Shown one piece after another: positions 49,721-64,000 of a stretch of DNA of 64,000 bases (positions are counted from its first letter, which is position 1; each line of letters starts with the position of its first letter). The notes below the pieces were generated by a model. The model searched no databases and was not told where the DNA came from. It saw only the letters and a list, made by a program, of their open reading frames with translations. The stretch comes from Octopus sinensis (lineage: Eukaryota): the NCBI RefSeq assembly GCF_006345805.1, contig NC_043007.1, positions 45,880,001 through 45,944,000 of the forward strand. The letters run 5' to 3'. The position numbers were made by a program, and so were the translations under genes.

Positions 49721-51074
49721 TAAGATTACACAGCTGCATACATACTCACATACGCACGCACACGCACACACGTACAACGCACCCACATATATTTTAAAAT
49801 ATATTCAAATGTATGTTTGGATATAACATTTGGTCAACATGATTTGTTTCTTTGTCGTGTTTGAAAATGTCTTGCACAATATTTTGGTGAATGATATCAA
49901 CTTTTCGTAGTCTGCGTACTGCGTACAAAATGCAGAAAAAATTATTGCTGCATGATATTCATGCAGCAATAATTTTTTTGCCTTTAATTTCAGAAATATA
50001 AATGCCAATAAATAAGTGTAGAATATATAATTTGTGAGAAATTCAAAAGTATGCTTGCTGGGTGTTCCCTGATTGATGGAAAACCTTTAATAGGAAAGCA
50101 AAATGTGATATAACCAGTGAGATTTGGCGATTTACTGAGTTTCACTATTGCTAATATATAGTAACACATTTGTGAAGCTATATCAGTTACATTTGAAATA
50201 TTGGAAATGAGGTTACAGCTTGTCTTGGACACTTCTTTCTTCTGAACTCATATTCCTTGTCCTTGCTGATTAAGGCAATATATATTTCACCATAAAATTG
50301 ACAGTGGTGAAACTGCGATGTTTATGCATTCATTTAAAACTTCAGTCGTTATTTAAGAGTTGCACCGAGTTGAGAAGACGTAGAAAATGATGGTCTTTCA
50401 AAGTCTCACTGGGCTTTTATGACAGCGCTGGTATATCTAATCTAGTCGATCTATACGCACTTAACCAGCATAAAAGGAAAATGTTTTTCTACATTTGCTT
50501 GTACACTGACTCAAAATAGTTATATCAAGCAGGTTCAGAGACTATATACTTAAAACGACCTAGGGTTGAGAATTATTTTAGCTATATAATATTACTTTAT
50601 ACATCTGTCACTGAACATAGAGTGACGTAATACCTGAGATTTTCAGAAGTCAAACGACAGACCCTTCTATATTAGGAAACAACCTTGTTTCTCCTCATTG
50701 AGTAAAAAAAGACCCTCCAATATCAGTAGAATATGTGTTCCTTCCTCATCTAGGGAATTATTTGATGGAACAAACTCAAATGAATACTGGCTTTATGAAC
50801 TTTCTCTACATACCACTCACCCAAGAGTCCCAATATTGGGAGAAACTCAATATGAACATTTAGTTTAGAAAAAAATATTAGTAAATAAGAAATTCCTGGC
50901 CTTTAAGATAGGCATTTCCTACATGTACACACATACACATAAAATATTCAAATGGATGATATTGTTCTCATGACATTTAACGAAGGTATTTTATACATAG
51001 TGATATTATTGTACAGAAATTAAGATTGTTATAGTAAGATGATATTTGTCAACTATTTTACAATAGCATGCGAA

Positions 51075-51426
51075 GAAATAATCCTTTCTACTGGAGGTAC
51101 ATGGCCTCAAATTTTGTGGGAGGGGACTAGTCGATTACATCGACCCCAGTGTTTCACTCGTACTTAATTTATCGGCCGCGGAATTTGAACTCAGAACGTA
51201 GCGCAGACGAAATACCTATTTTTTTACTACCCACAAGCGGCTAAACACAGAGAGGGCAAACGGATTAAATCGATTATATCGACCCCAGTACGTAACTGGT
51301 ACTTATTTAATCGACCCCGAAATGATGAAAGGCAAAGTCGACCTCGGCGGAATTTGAACTCAGAACGTAACCGTAGACGAAATACCTCTAAGCATTTCAC
51401 CTAGCGTGCTAACGATTGCGCCAGCG
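51075..51426 (-). mobile_element. two tandem SINE family B copies
   Basis: gcggaatttgaactcagaacgta twice; homologous to 21930-22360. Confidence 0.85.
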
Positions 51427-52789
51427 AAGAGAAATAACGAAAACACTTTTACTAAAAGGATTAATACTATTTTTAGAAAGCATTAACAACATGAAGAGTA
51501 GGGATTTACAGTGAGAGCAATGTTAGCATCTTCGTACTGACAAAATCTAGCTTAAATGAACGAACATCTTGGCAAATCGGTTGCGCAAAATTTTTCACCG
51601 CAGAGTAGAAATATTGAAATTTATTTTTCTGTCACATGAATTATCTTCCTGGATTTGCGTGAGAAATCCATTTGTGTGAAATGAGTGAGAGTCATGAAAA
51701 TTTCGCTTTAAATGTTGTGTTGACGGAAATAAGATATGACAGACGTCTGAAACTACAGCATACTTGAACAGATATAGCATCATTCTGGTTGTCTTTTTGG
51801 CAGCAATACGTCATCATCTCAATGCAAGTGCATGAAACATTCCCTTCTTTCCCTTATGCAAATGGTTTCTCTGTTATGAACACAATTAAAAACGGGGAGA
51901 GGTAGCGGATTATGGTGTTGGTGGAGAATAACCAGCACCAAGAAACACTAAATGTCACATTTCACGTTTTCATACTTATATTTTTATGTATATTTTCTTC
52001 ACCAATTTACGCTTACAGAAAATGGAATATATATATATGAATAAAATATTTTTATTGTCAATTTATAAAGAGATATGTTGCTTATATTCAATGATTAGAA
52101 TTCTAGTTATTGCACTTCTTACTCCAGAAATTGGAACATCCTCATTACAATAAACATTATTATTGCTATACAATATTTGCGTTTTTATCGCCTCGTCTTT
52201 AGTGTTTATATTCATAATTTATAAATACAGGCAAAATTTACATAAGTGATAATAAGTTTCGCATTGTTTTTAATGCACTGCATATAAATTCTGTTTTGGG
52301 AATGTAATCCATACTAAATATAATACAAATACACGGCTTTTATAAAATATAACTCGTAAACTGCTGATGGCATTTTGTAACGCGTATACACTTTTAATTT
52401 ATTGTGCTGTAAATCGAGAAATGTTTTAAAATCTTCAACCTGTATCCAAGGAGCCAAGCACTGGTCTGTACTGGCAAAAACATAACAATTGGTGAAACTG
52501 CGAAATTCTTTATATTGCATAACTCTCTGTGATAGAATTCTGGGATCTATCAGAGTTTCTGGTGTTCGGAAATGTAGCAAATATGTATCACATTTTATGT
52601 ATATACATTTTTGACAGGAAAGGAGTTGGAATTTTTGTTCGTGACAAAATCACATATAAACGTGTTTTTGTTTTAAGAAAAACAAAATATATATTGGAGG
52701 GAGATGTCAAAATCATCAGGGCCACGGGACAACTTCAGGCTCTACGAAAGAGGTAAGATGATGTCTTAAGTGTTCCATGAACTAAAGAG

Positions 52790-52960
52790 GGGTGAATTCT
52801 GGCAGAAACGTTAGCACACCGGGTGAAATGATTAGCAGCATTTCGCCTGTCCTTTCATCATGTCGGGGTCAATAAACTAAGTACCTGTTGCGTGCCTGGG
52901 TCGATCTAATCGACTGGCCCCTCCCCTAAGTTTTCGGGCTTTGTGCCTAGAGTAGAAAAT
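52790..52960 (+). mobile_element. SINE family B, internally deleted
   Basis: ctggcagaaacgttagcacaccgggtgaaatg.ttagc...cctttcatc...tcggggtc.ataaa.taagtacc. Confidence 0.75.
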
Positions 52961-53649
52961 AATATCTACACACTGATACAAAATTCACTGTCAAGAAAAT
53001 CTCTTCCAACAGCATACGAAATTAAACTTAAGGCTAAGCATATAAACATACACACATCTATATATCTATCTGTCTATCTACCTAACTGTATGTCTGTTTG
53101 TGTGTCGGTGTATTAGTGTGTGTGTGTGTATCTTTCTCTCTGTATACACACACATATATGAACACTACTGTTGAGTATTTAACTTCATATTAGTTAATGT
53201 GTCTTTCCAGCATAATGGATGTAGAGATTAGTTGGTGAGATATTTGTCTAGTCGCGTAATTTTCTTCATGTCTTTCGTCAAGACATTACATAGATAATAG
53301 AGGCCAACAATATATTTTTTCTCTGTTCAAAACATTTGGGCCTGAACAAGTTTATTTTTGTTTCTTTATTTTTTTTTTTTGACACAATAACCGAAAATGA
53401 CATCCACTTATTACTATCTAACCAAGATTTTAAGATATTGAATCCATAAAATTCATCATTTTTTTTCAATAAAACAACTTATCAGAAACAAGCCATAATA
53501 TACAAACATACAGAGAAATTAGTTTTCCTCCAAAACCAGAATGTTTTCCTAAAATTCTACTAAACAACAGTAAAAATCTTAAAATACATATCCTTGTTTA
53601 TGCTAAATTTTCCACAAACTTGACTTTCGCTGATTTTCTCGAATTCTGA

Positions 53650-54140
53650 ACCATAGGAATATCATGGGCCAAGTTCCATCAATGGTCCGCTATCATATGC
53701 AAGTCCTATCCGCCTTCATTTCTTTGTTCTATTGATCTTATGGCCTGTTCGAAACGTTCTCTCTGCTCGTCATATGAGTCGCCCAGATTTTCAATGAATT
53801 TATCACGGTGACTGTCGAGATAGTGTAGCTTTACTTTCATATATACTCCTAGCTTCTGAAAGTTCAACAACGTGCTGTCGAGTACTTCAGCAGCGTTGGT
53901 TGCTTTCTTGTTGCCCAGAAAGTCATTTACAACTATTACAAATGAATTCGGTACTTCTGCTTCAATGCCATTCATTTTCAAACCATTTCTGATTTGAGGC
54001 CCATTAAATACTCAAGCTTTTATCTTTTCACTGTTCAGACCGGGAAATATGCAGCAGATATGCGAAAATCATGGTCCATCTTTACTCAGAGCTTTAACAA
54101 ACTGTTTAAATGATGAAACGTGTGATATGGTATGATGGTA
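53650..54140 (-). mobile_element. Chapaev3/CMC-type DNA transposase C-terminal remnant
   Basis: KQFVKALSKDG...FPGLNSEKIKA*VFNGPQIR and MKVKLHYLDSHRDKFIENLGDSYDEQRERFEQAIRSIEQR resemble the motifs I recall for this family (QFVKAL..GPQIR; KxHFLHSHLD.FP.NLG..SDE.GERFHQDI). Confidence 0.7.
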
Positions 54141-54727
54141 GGATGATTTTTCCGGGTTCAACTACAACCACATTAAGAGACTTTGAAACTAATGTTCCCT
54201 GCGGCCCTTCTATGATCACCTAATATTTTCTCATGGCTTTTCTCTCCGACATACATAAAACGTATTGTAAACAGTGTATTTTCTGAAGAATGTGGAAAAT
54301 TGCGTAAAGTAGGTTTTAGGGTATTTTGAAATTTGGTCGTAATGGTAAACATGGATTCCAGTTTGGATTCAACGTATCAAAATACCTTTAAATCAGGGAA
54401 AAAGAGTCTCATAACGAAATACCTGTTGAGTGGTATAATAGAACGGATCCTAATAGCATTATAACGTTTTCACATAGGGACCAGATATACATATGATTGA
54501 TTAGGATTTGTCCCTTGAATATTTTGCTACACAGAACTTGCTTGCGATGAGAAAACTTGCTACTCATTAACCTATTTCCCCTAAGGGGGATTAGGTTAAT
54601 GAATACTAATGTTCATTAATTTGAAGGAAAACAAAAACAAGTTAGAATATTTTATTGTTGCGGCTGTATTGATTTTGCTGGAGTTTGGTAATTTCATCAT
54701 TTTAATCAATAGCAGGAAATATTAATA

Positions 54728-54766
<39 letters not shown>

Positions 54767-55656
54767 GTATATACATACGTACATACATACATAGATACAT
54801 AGATACATACATGCATACATACATACATGCATACATACATACATACATACATACATACATACATACATACATACACACACAAACGCGCATATATAATTAC
54901 ATTTACGCACATGAAAATAAGTGAGAGATGAAGAAAATAATGACCAACACTTTAGGTCCACAATATTTTTCGGGTGGTGGTTGTCGATTTGGGACATGGA
55001 ATAAAATCGAAACAATTATCATTTTCTTGGCATTCAGTGAACTACCTTATTCTCACAAACTCACCAAAATATACAATTATTAGTTTGATCAATTCTAATC
55101 TACTATTAATTTTGCTGTAAAGTACTCAGTTGCTCTGATCATTTTGCTGCTTACGGTCATCTTGTTAGCATGACCACTCCTCGTCCTTATACAGTATCAA
55201 TCAGAAAATATCTTTCTCAACGGTGTATGTTATGAGAGCTGTATAATATACAAGGTACTAAAAGTTTTATACCACTGTTTTTGAACTACATTGGTGTTTA
55301 ATTTTGCCGTTTGCTATTTTTGTAAACTTTAAATGACGGCTGTTCTAGACAGTCTATGTAAGGACATCAACATATACTTTGGAGAAACCACTAATCAATT
55401 AGCCGTAATTTTATGATGTGGTATTAGTTTCATAATATCAGAGATTGCAATATACCTGTTTTGAGAGAAATAAAAAAGATTCAATTTAAGCATAATATAG
55501 ACTTAGTATATAACAATCTAATTAATATATATAACTAAAATGCACCCTATCATTGCCAATACTCCATCAAATAAGCGCATTCATTCTTATATTAAAAGTA
55601 CGAGGGGCTGTTTGATTGTGCCTCACCTAATATGACCACATGCATTATTTGCTTGC

Positions 55657-55860
55657 TTTGTATATCCATTCGTCTTCGCCCAGAGTTCTAGCAAAGGACA
55701 TGAGTGTAGAACCTTAAACCACCTTCTTCATGGGGTTCACTCAGAAGCAACCATCATTTGTATATCCATTCGTCTTCGCCCAGAGTTCTAGCAAAGGACA
55801 TGAGTGTAGAACCGTAAACCACCTTCTTCATGGGGTTCACTCAGAAGCAACCATCATTTG
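55657..55860. repeat. 100-bp tandem duplication with one substitution
   Basis: TTTGTATATCCATTCG...AACCATCA at 55657-55756 and 55757-55856. Confidence 0.95.
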
Positions 55861-58800
55861 ACTTTTCGGCTGGATTCCCAAGCACGAACAACTAACACAA
55901 TTATAATATCCAAGCATTCTGTTCTTGCTCTATCTCTAGTTCGCCCACTGACTGACTCGGCTTGAACCATCGATCTTGCAATTATTTCCTATGCTATTTT
56001 AATCATGTATCCATAGTACAGGTGATGTGTCTTCCCAATGCGAAGTTGCTGTAGTCGAGCAAAATGAGAGCATTACAGTGTAGAAGATATAAATGCAAAT
56101 ATAACAGGAATATAAGCTAAATCATTTACAATGTAATTACAACACAATATTGTTTATGTAACAACAAGGAGGCGAAGATGGACACAAAGACTGAAACTTC
56201 GCCCTTCAGAAAATGTGGTTGAATCAGTAATGTGCAATAGAGGACACCTACATAACTTGCGAAATATTTCTTCGCAATTATCGTGTTTCAATTTGAATTC
56301 AACCGTTCAACTCCTCAAATAAACGTTTTCTGTGGTAACCTGAAATTGATTCGATAAAAGATTTTCTGGCATAACTTTTAGAAAAGCCTGTCTTAGGGAC
56401 TATTTCTCTGTCATACTGGTAGACTGAAGCCCATTCTCTGGTTCAAATTTCATAACATCGGATGATCCTCGCGTACTCTTTGAGGTTCCCACTCCCTTTA
56501 GAGGAACCACTCTTAAGCATGCTAACCTCAAGCTGACAATCGATTGTCAGACTGAGGTTAACGTGCTTCTATTTTAGTCACTTTTTTTTACGGGCCTTGA
56601 AAGATGTTATGGGCCTCAAATATTATATAATAATCTTTCAGTTCAACACATTATATATATTTCATATAATATCAGATTATTTGTTGGTTTAGTTTTGGCA
56701 AATATTGCACCAAAATAATTCTATGTGATAATTGGCATCACAACATTTAATTCTATATTTTCTTTTATCAATTTTATTGATTTCAGTCATTGAATTGCAG
56801 CCAAACTTGATCATAGATCTTAAGACAGTTGTCGGTCATATTGTCCTTTGTATTTTATTCCAGCCTAGGATTTCTTTTCTGATGTCTATTCATAGAACAG
56901 GCAAAATACGTACTTATTGACGTAAACCAATGCGATTCGTCACAGCTCTATTTCAATGTGCAAACACAGGTATTTACATATATATATTAAATCACACCTT
57001 CAAACACACACACACACACACATACACACACACACACGAACGCACACACACAAATAAATATATAAAAATACGTATTTATATAGAGAGGCACACATTAATA
57101 AGGACTAAGGTAGAGAAGGAAAAGAGATTAGAAGCGATATACAACGGTTTATCCAGGCACAAGTGGAACCCAATTTTCTTTTCCAAAGGCATGAAATCTA
57201 TATTGTCTATGAAAATGTTAAGAAAAAAATTACATTGAAGTAGGTTTAATTTAAATTCATACAAATATAGACACAGACAGACACCGACACACACATACAC
57301 GCATGTATACACACATATATACATACTGATGCACATACATTGGCTCACAAATTCATATACACATAGACACATACGTTTATACTATATTCACTAAACATAA
57401 ACGAGATATATAACGATATATAAACGAGATAATTCTTTGACAAGCTTTTATAAATACACAAAGAAAGATCTACACGAATAAATGTACACCAAGTAAATTA
57501 GAGTGGATGCCTAAGACTAAATGTAGAAATTCGTGTTAGTGTACACAAATAATTTAATCCCAAGGTATAATACATGTACTTATACGCGCATGCATCTATC
57601 TATCTATTAAACTAACTACCTATTAAATTATCTATCTATCTATCAATCTATCTATCTATCTACCTATTTTTCTATCTATTTATAGAACTATGTATACAGA
57701 CTACATCGATCCAGCTAACCAAATATCTCTCTATTTACCTAGCTGTTAATCCACTTAAGCCGAGCGTAGTTTTTAGTACCATATAATAGTAACTTTACAA
57801 TAAAGAAAACTACTGACAATATCTTAAAATATTAAAAGAAAAAAATAAGATTTAAATAGAAAGTAAAAATTAAAATACAAGGTATATTGAAGAAATATCA
57901 AATAGTGCACAGTTTATTTAATATTTAAACATATGGAGCACAGAATAAGGGAAAATTGATAGCAAGGGGTATCATATAAATAAAAGATACAATAAATAGC
58001 GATAAAAGGTAAAATAATTAAGTGGTTTTAAATTGAAAGTAAATCATGGTTATAGAAAAAATGATTGTCATGCAAAACTTATCAGTTATACAATATGGAT
58101 TATAGAAGATGCCTATAAAGATACATCTTAAAATAAAAGCAAAGTGAAATTATTAACAGAAGATACTTAAAATGAAATTAAGCAATATAAAGATAAAACA
58201 TGACATATATAAAATTAGGTAAAAGTGAGTGAAAAGAATATATTATAATATATATGATACCATTAATAAGGAGAAAAGTGAAAGAATTAAGAAATAGCAA
58301 ACTGAAAGAAAGCTAAAGTCTGTGATGTAGACTTGGTTAAAAGTGTTGCATAGAAAAAAACAAATAATGATATTGAATATGACATGACAAAAAAAAATTG
58401 TATTATTGAAACAATTGAGTGAAAGATAAAATCTAAAAGGTATTTAAGACATCTGTGATCTAAACAGAATCTATAGCGAATAGAAGACTAAGGTAAAGTT
58501 ATATAGGAAGGTATAAAGTAGAAGATAATAAAGAAATCCTAATCGGAAGAAAAGGCTGATTATACTTCCATACATGATCCCCCAGTAAAGAAAAGTGGAG
58601 GTCTGGGTCTCAGATGTAAACGTATGTGTATACATACATACACACATACATACATACATACATGCATACATGCATACATACATACGTACATACATACTTA
58701 CCTACATACATACATACATACATATATAGGCGCGTGGTTGTATAGGTTTGAATCAGTGTGTGCGTATTTGACAATATATTTTGTGTATATGGGTGAGTAC

Positions 58801-59021
58801 ATGTTTACATATTTTTGTTCGTGTGTATATCTTATGTTTGCATGTGTGTATGCTGAAAAATAACATTGTGGTTATAGCTCGTTCATATTCGTGCATGTGC
58901 TTTTCTATATCTGTATGTACGTGTATAGATTCGTGTATGGATACACACATATATGTGTGTAGCATTTGTGCGTGTATGAATATGTCGGCACATATGTGTG
59001 TGTATGGGAGTGTCTACATGC

Positions 59022-59104
<83 letters not shown>

Positions 59105-60044
59105 AAGAAATATAATGTCTATGTCTATATGCGCATATATGTGCGCGTATTTACATATGTGTGTGCGTATACGGACGCTAATTGCTGTTAGTGTATGTAT
59201 TCATTTATGCTGATGAGTGAGTGGTTTCCATTGGCTTGTAGGAGAAAAGGGTTGGTGAATTAAAAGCATAGACTATTTGGTGAATCTTATTTTACTGTTA
59301 TCGTCACCACAAAAGTCAATAAATAGCTAATGGTCGGTTGACACTTAATACTTCGAATAACAGTAATTCTTCGCCTATTGCGGTTTATTATCTAAGTTTA
59401 CGTCGATGCGTTCGTGGTGTTGTTTTTCATTTATAATAAAATAAATATATATAAATTATAAAAATAAGACAGAAAATTACAGCGCAGTACTGTTTCTACT
59501 TCGCTGATTTTCACCTATAGCGGTGGGAGGGCGGGGGTTTAGAATGTAACACCCCAATAGTCGAGGGATTATTGTATAAGTTAAATTCCAACCGGCTTTA
59601 TTTTAATATTACTTTGACTTAGTTCTATGCATAATATTAACAATTATTCTCTGAAAAACTAAGGGAGATATCAAGTAAAAGCTATTGGTATTCGGTGTAT
59701 TTGCATATTGTGACACGCTTAAATGAGCTCCTGCCAAATCATTCATTTAGTCGCTGATGTCTTCAAAAGGTCACATGTGAGGAAGCGAATGGACAATAAA
59801 ATTGTTATATAGTTTAATATATTGTAACCAGCATTACATAACATTGTATGAGAAGGACTAAAATGTCCATTTTGAGAAACAGTTTTAATGAGAATTTCCA
59901 TTCCCTTTTCCTCATTAAAATTATATGTATATCTGTGTGTATAACAACATAAAACAAACATTGACATACATATATCATATATACGCGTATGTAGTATATT
60001 ATAGGTTTATATGCATACATACATACACACACACATATGTAGAC

Positions 60045-60620
60045 TGATTTTAGTTTGACCAGTATATTGCTCTCGACACATTAACACATATATCAGGTTT
60101 TCCGAAGTACATGTGAAGTTGTCTTTCACTGTAAAACATTGACACTATTTAGAGGAGAACTCTGATTTTTCAATTAGGTTGACACATATACCACAGTTAT
60201 GTCTTCGACATGTTTTGCTGTCGTTGTTGGGCTTGTGTTAGAAGACTTTTCATTCACTTAGATAGTCTTTTGCTCTTTATAATGGTGTGAGTTTGGAAGA
60301 TTTGATTCATTCTACGGTCCCTTTTCAGTAAAGAAATGTTCTGGAGGAGGATGTCGAAGGCTTTATTGTTTGGGAGGTTGTGTATGGATATGCATGATAG
60401 GAAATTTGGTTGTAATACTTTCTTTACATTGGGATATCTGTGTTCGTAGATGTTGAGTTTAGGGCACGTTTAAAAAGTCTATGAATTAGTGATGGTGGGT
60501 AATTCCTGCTGATGAGTGTATGCTTTAGCTCATGTATAGTATATGTCTATTTGTATTTTTCTGTTGGATGTTTTAATGAGGATGTCGAGGAAGGGAAGCT
60601 GTTGATGGTTATAACCCATA
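60045..60620 (-). mobile_element. degenerate Penelope remnant, from the RT end to the GIY-YIG start
   Basis: Minus strand LPFLDILI..., then NFTCTSENLIYVLMC..YTGQTK. Confidence 0.75.
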
Positions 60621-60976
60621 ATAAATTGAATGTGATATCTATTTAGAAGTGCTTGAAATTATTTAAGCCTCTTTATACTTTCATGTCAAATATTGAAGCA
60701 GTCATTTAGATATCGCTTCCAGTTATTTTCTATGTAAAGGGAGAATGGGTTTCCTGTGTTTTTACTGAGATCTCCCTTTTAGTAGAAAGAATAGCTATAA
60801 CTCTTTGACTGCTATTTCTAAATTCGGTGTGTGGTGAGGCAATCCGTTGCTAAACCCTTAATTGCTTAGTATTACTTAAATTTTCCTCGAATGAGGCTTT
60901 TACATGCCGAAATCTACTTGGTGTAATTAATAATTATTCCAAATTAATTAATTTCACCCTATATTGTTACATATAT

Positions 60977-61037
<61 letters not shown>

Positions 61038-61689
61038 ACACGCACATATAAATATACATATATATATATGTATATATATGCATGAATATCTTTATAGATA
61101 TTTATGTATATGTATATACACATACACACAGGCGCGCGCACACACAAACACACATATATATGAAATGCACTGAGATTGTATTTGAATTCATCAAAATTTT
61201 ATTCCATTTTAACATATAGAGTAAACTTTACTGTTTTCAGATTAAATTGTCAAACGCACATAGCGTAATGAGATGGGTTATGAATTCTGACTATTGTGGC
61301 CGTTGTTATAAAACAATTTGTTATTAAAGTAGGTATGTAACTCAGAACACTTGCCCATTACGTACAAATTCATTGATCAACTTTCGTTTGGTAGCCGTGC
61401 GAAAAAGTCCCATAAAAGCATTGAATATATCATATGGCAGTTAGGTAAAAGAGATATGAGTAAGTGATATAATAATTGTTTATATAAGAATACTACAGTA
61501 ATTATTATTATTCTGTAGAACAATACTGTTATCAATTAGTGTTAGTTCCCTCTCATTGAATATGCTAAAACTTATCCATTAGTTATTACTAAGGTGTGGG
61601 GTAAATAAGATAAGGTGTGAAGTAAATAATATTGAGATAGCTTCTGCATGAAGTTTGGTTTTCTTAATTATGAAGCCAAATACAAAATA

Positions 61690-63630
61690 AAAATCGTGTA
61701 TTGCGGATGTTTTTTTTTCATTGCCTGTTCTGCAGTGGCTGGTATGTTTTTTAATAAAAGAACTTTCCTTATTTCTTGTTTGGTCTGCAGTATTGACAGT
61801 GTGGGAAAGACGCGAAATCTGTGAGATTTGGTTTTTGGGCTTGTGACAGATGTTAACTAAGTAGAATATTTCTTGTTTTGGAATTGCGTATTTGTATACA
61901 ATGAATATCTAATCTCATTCTGTGAGTTTCATTTGCATTTGATGGCAAATGCTAATTTTTTGAAAAAATGTAAAATAACATTTTCTCAGTAAAAAATAGA
62001 TTTAAATTTTCTCAATTTCCACATTTCAAGTGTTGAAGTCGAGGCGACAGCCTAGTTTCGCGCTGGTAAATACTTTTTAGGAACTTTTTGCCGTTTGCAT
62101 TTCATTATTTTATATGTTTCAAGTGCCTTTTTCATTCTTGGGTATTGGCTCAATAACAATATGTTCTGATATATAATGCTGATTATTTCTGTGTTTCTGG
62201 GGGTGCATGGGTGGGGTGGAATTAAAGATATAGTTTTGGTCCATCTGAACAGTTTTTGCTTTCTTGCAATGTTTCAATGTCTTTTACTTTAGCGCATTCT
62301 TTTCTATTCTATGTCCGATAATACGGTTACTCTCATTCAAGTAGTGCATCTTTCAATTGAAGTCGTCTTTGGTTATGACTATCCGGTCTGGAGACAATTG
62401 TTCAAATTCTACTAGGACGAATGTGATATTGGATCGGGCATGATTTAGGTGGCATGAAAAAAATCGTCACTGTTTAAAGTCCCTTTGTTGTTGATGTCGG
62501 TTCCATGGTGAACTGAAAAACCTTAATGATGCGACCGAGTAGGAACTCGAAATCATTGAATTCATTTAGGCTCTATATCCAGAGAAAAGGCAGTCATCTG
62601 AGCATCGTATCCAAACTTTCACCAGATAATTTTGAAAATTGATATGTAATTTTATTTGTCCTGTTCATACATTAGGCCTTCCAGACATGCCATAACTAAG
62701 ATCACGTATGTTGAGGCTATTTTTGTAATCATCGCTGTTCCAGATGTATGTTGGTATGTGTTTTTCTCGAAGATGAAGACGTTGTTTTGATGAATGAATT
62801 TTAATCCTTCTGTGATCAAATCGGTCAGGAATTTCATCAGGGACATTTCTTAAACAAAATGATATTGTATCTTGTTCGTACTTCTCTGCGAAAGTGGTAT
62901 AATGTATTATTACATGAAATGTACCACTTATGATATTCCTCTTAACTTTTCAGGAGGTGGCATAATAGGTCAAGTTTATCCCTTATGAAACTTGGTATGA
63001 ATTTTAAGAAAGTTTTTAACAACACGTCAAGTATGTTGCTATGCCTGTGAGTTTCACAGCCAGTGTCTCGGATCAGTCTTAATTTCTGTCCTTCAGAAAG
63101 GCGTGTTTATGCAATGTGTGTGATTCTTTGCAAGCATCAGAAATTGCTTTATTGTTGTGAAGTTTGGGAAATCTGTTGAAACCAAAAATAGTTTTAGTTA
63201 TAAAATCTTTATAAGTTAAGCCACTTCCGCGTTGGTCGATGAGAATGTTAAGTTGAAACATTGTTTATATTTGTCGCTAGTTGCTTACTATTTTATAGTG
63301 CATGGTGTCTTGGAGTAAAGTTAATGCGATATTTTTGTGCAGTTCCATATATAAACTACAACACATCGCTTATAAGTTTGTTTTATGACTATTGTTATTT
63401 TTTGAAGTCATGTATAGTTTTCCATTCTATTCTTCCCGACTAGTAATGGACTCTTGTTTAGGAAATGGAAGTTCATTTTAAGGGAAAGTGGACATAAACT
63501 CAGAAAATGTACTTAGTATTTTGGTTCTCCCTTTTGTCGGGTTGTAATTGCTTTTGTTTTGGACAGTAGATTGATCAGTGTTTTCTTTATTGAAAAGATC
63601 GTCTTCTAATCTTAATTTTCTCTCACCTCC
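61690..63630 (-). mobile_element. long degenerate Penelope ORF remnant, N-terminus through RT to the GIY-YIG tail
   Basis: RKLRLEDDLFNKENTDQSTVQNKSNYNP; FPKLHNNKAISDAC; THRHSNILDVLLK; NNVFIF...GTAMITKIASTY..LVM; a degenerate DDC motif near 62600; FRVFP near 61820. Confidence 0.8.
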
Positions 63631-64000
63631 ATATATACATATATATGTGCGTGCGTGTGTGTACATACTTCGTATTTCAAGACTTAAAATACTAGTAGAC
63701 ATACATACGTACATACATACATGCCTACATACATATATGCATGCACACACGCGCGCCCGCACACACATATATATCTATGTATGTGTATGTGTGTGGGGAG
63801 CATATTTTAGATGTAAACAGTTTTAGCATCACTGCAAACGTTGTAAATGAAATACATACCAGCGTGGTAGAATTCTGATTTGGTTTTAAATCTCAGCTAA
63901 AATTGTCTCTTATTCAAATATCTTTAAATTTTTTTACGTCAATACTGGTTTTAAGAATATTGCATGTGATTCTTGAAAACATGTTTCTTTGTGCTTTCTT

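Overview
AT-rich, microsatellite-rich eukaryotic DNA. It is most likely from an octopod cephalopod, because the tRNA-derived SINE families and Penelope termini resemble Octopus repeats as I remember them; I could not check this against a database. I recognise no host protein-coding exon, so the window reads as intergenic DNA or a very large intron filled with mobile elements. These include R4/Dong-type non-LTR retrotransposons sitting in (TAA)n tracts, several Penelope-like element (PLE) remnants with GIY-YIG domains and minimal hammerhead ribozymes, RTE LINE pieces, a Gypsy integrase remnant, mariner and Chapaev3-like transposase remnants, SINEs and fold-back elements. The main finding is at 8861-13402: a non-coding array of about 492-bp units (about 8 direct copies plus about 1.15 inverted copies). 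Every unit carries a type I hammerhead ribozyme fold with an 8-bp stem I, a CUGAAGA/GAAA core, a GUA cleavage triplet, a self-complementary stem III and an unusually long branched stem II. This is the architecture of a retrozyme, a genome-encoded self-cleaving and possibly circular RNA element. Data caution: the supplied ORF 17101..18258 (reverse transcriptase) is labelled '+' but is encoded on the minus strand.
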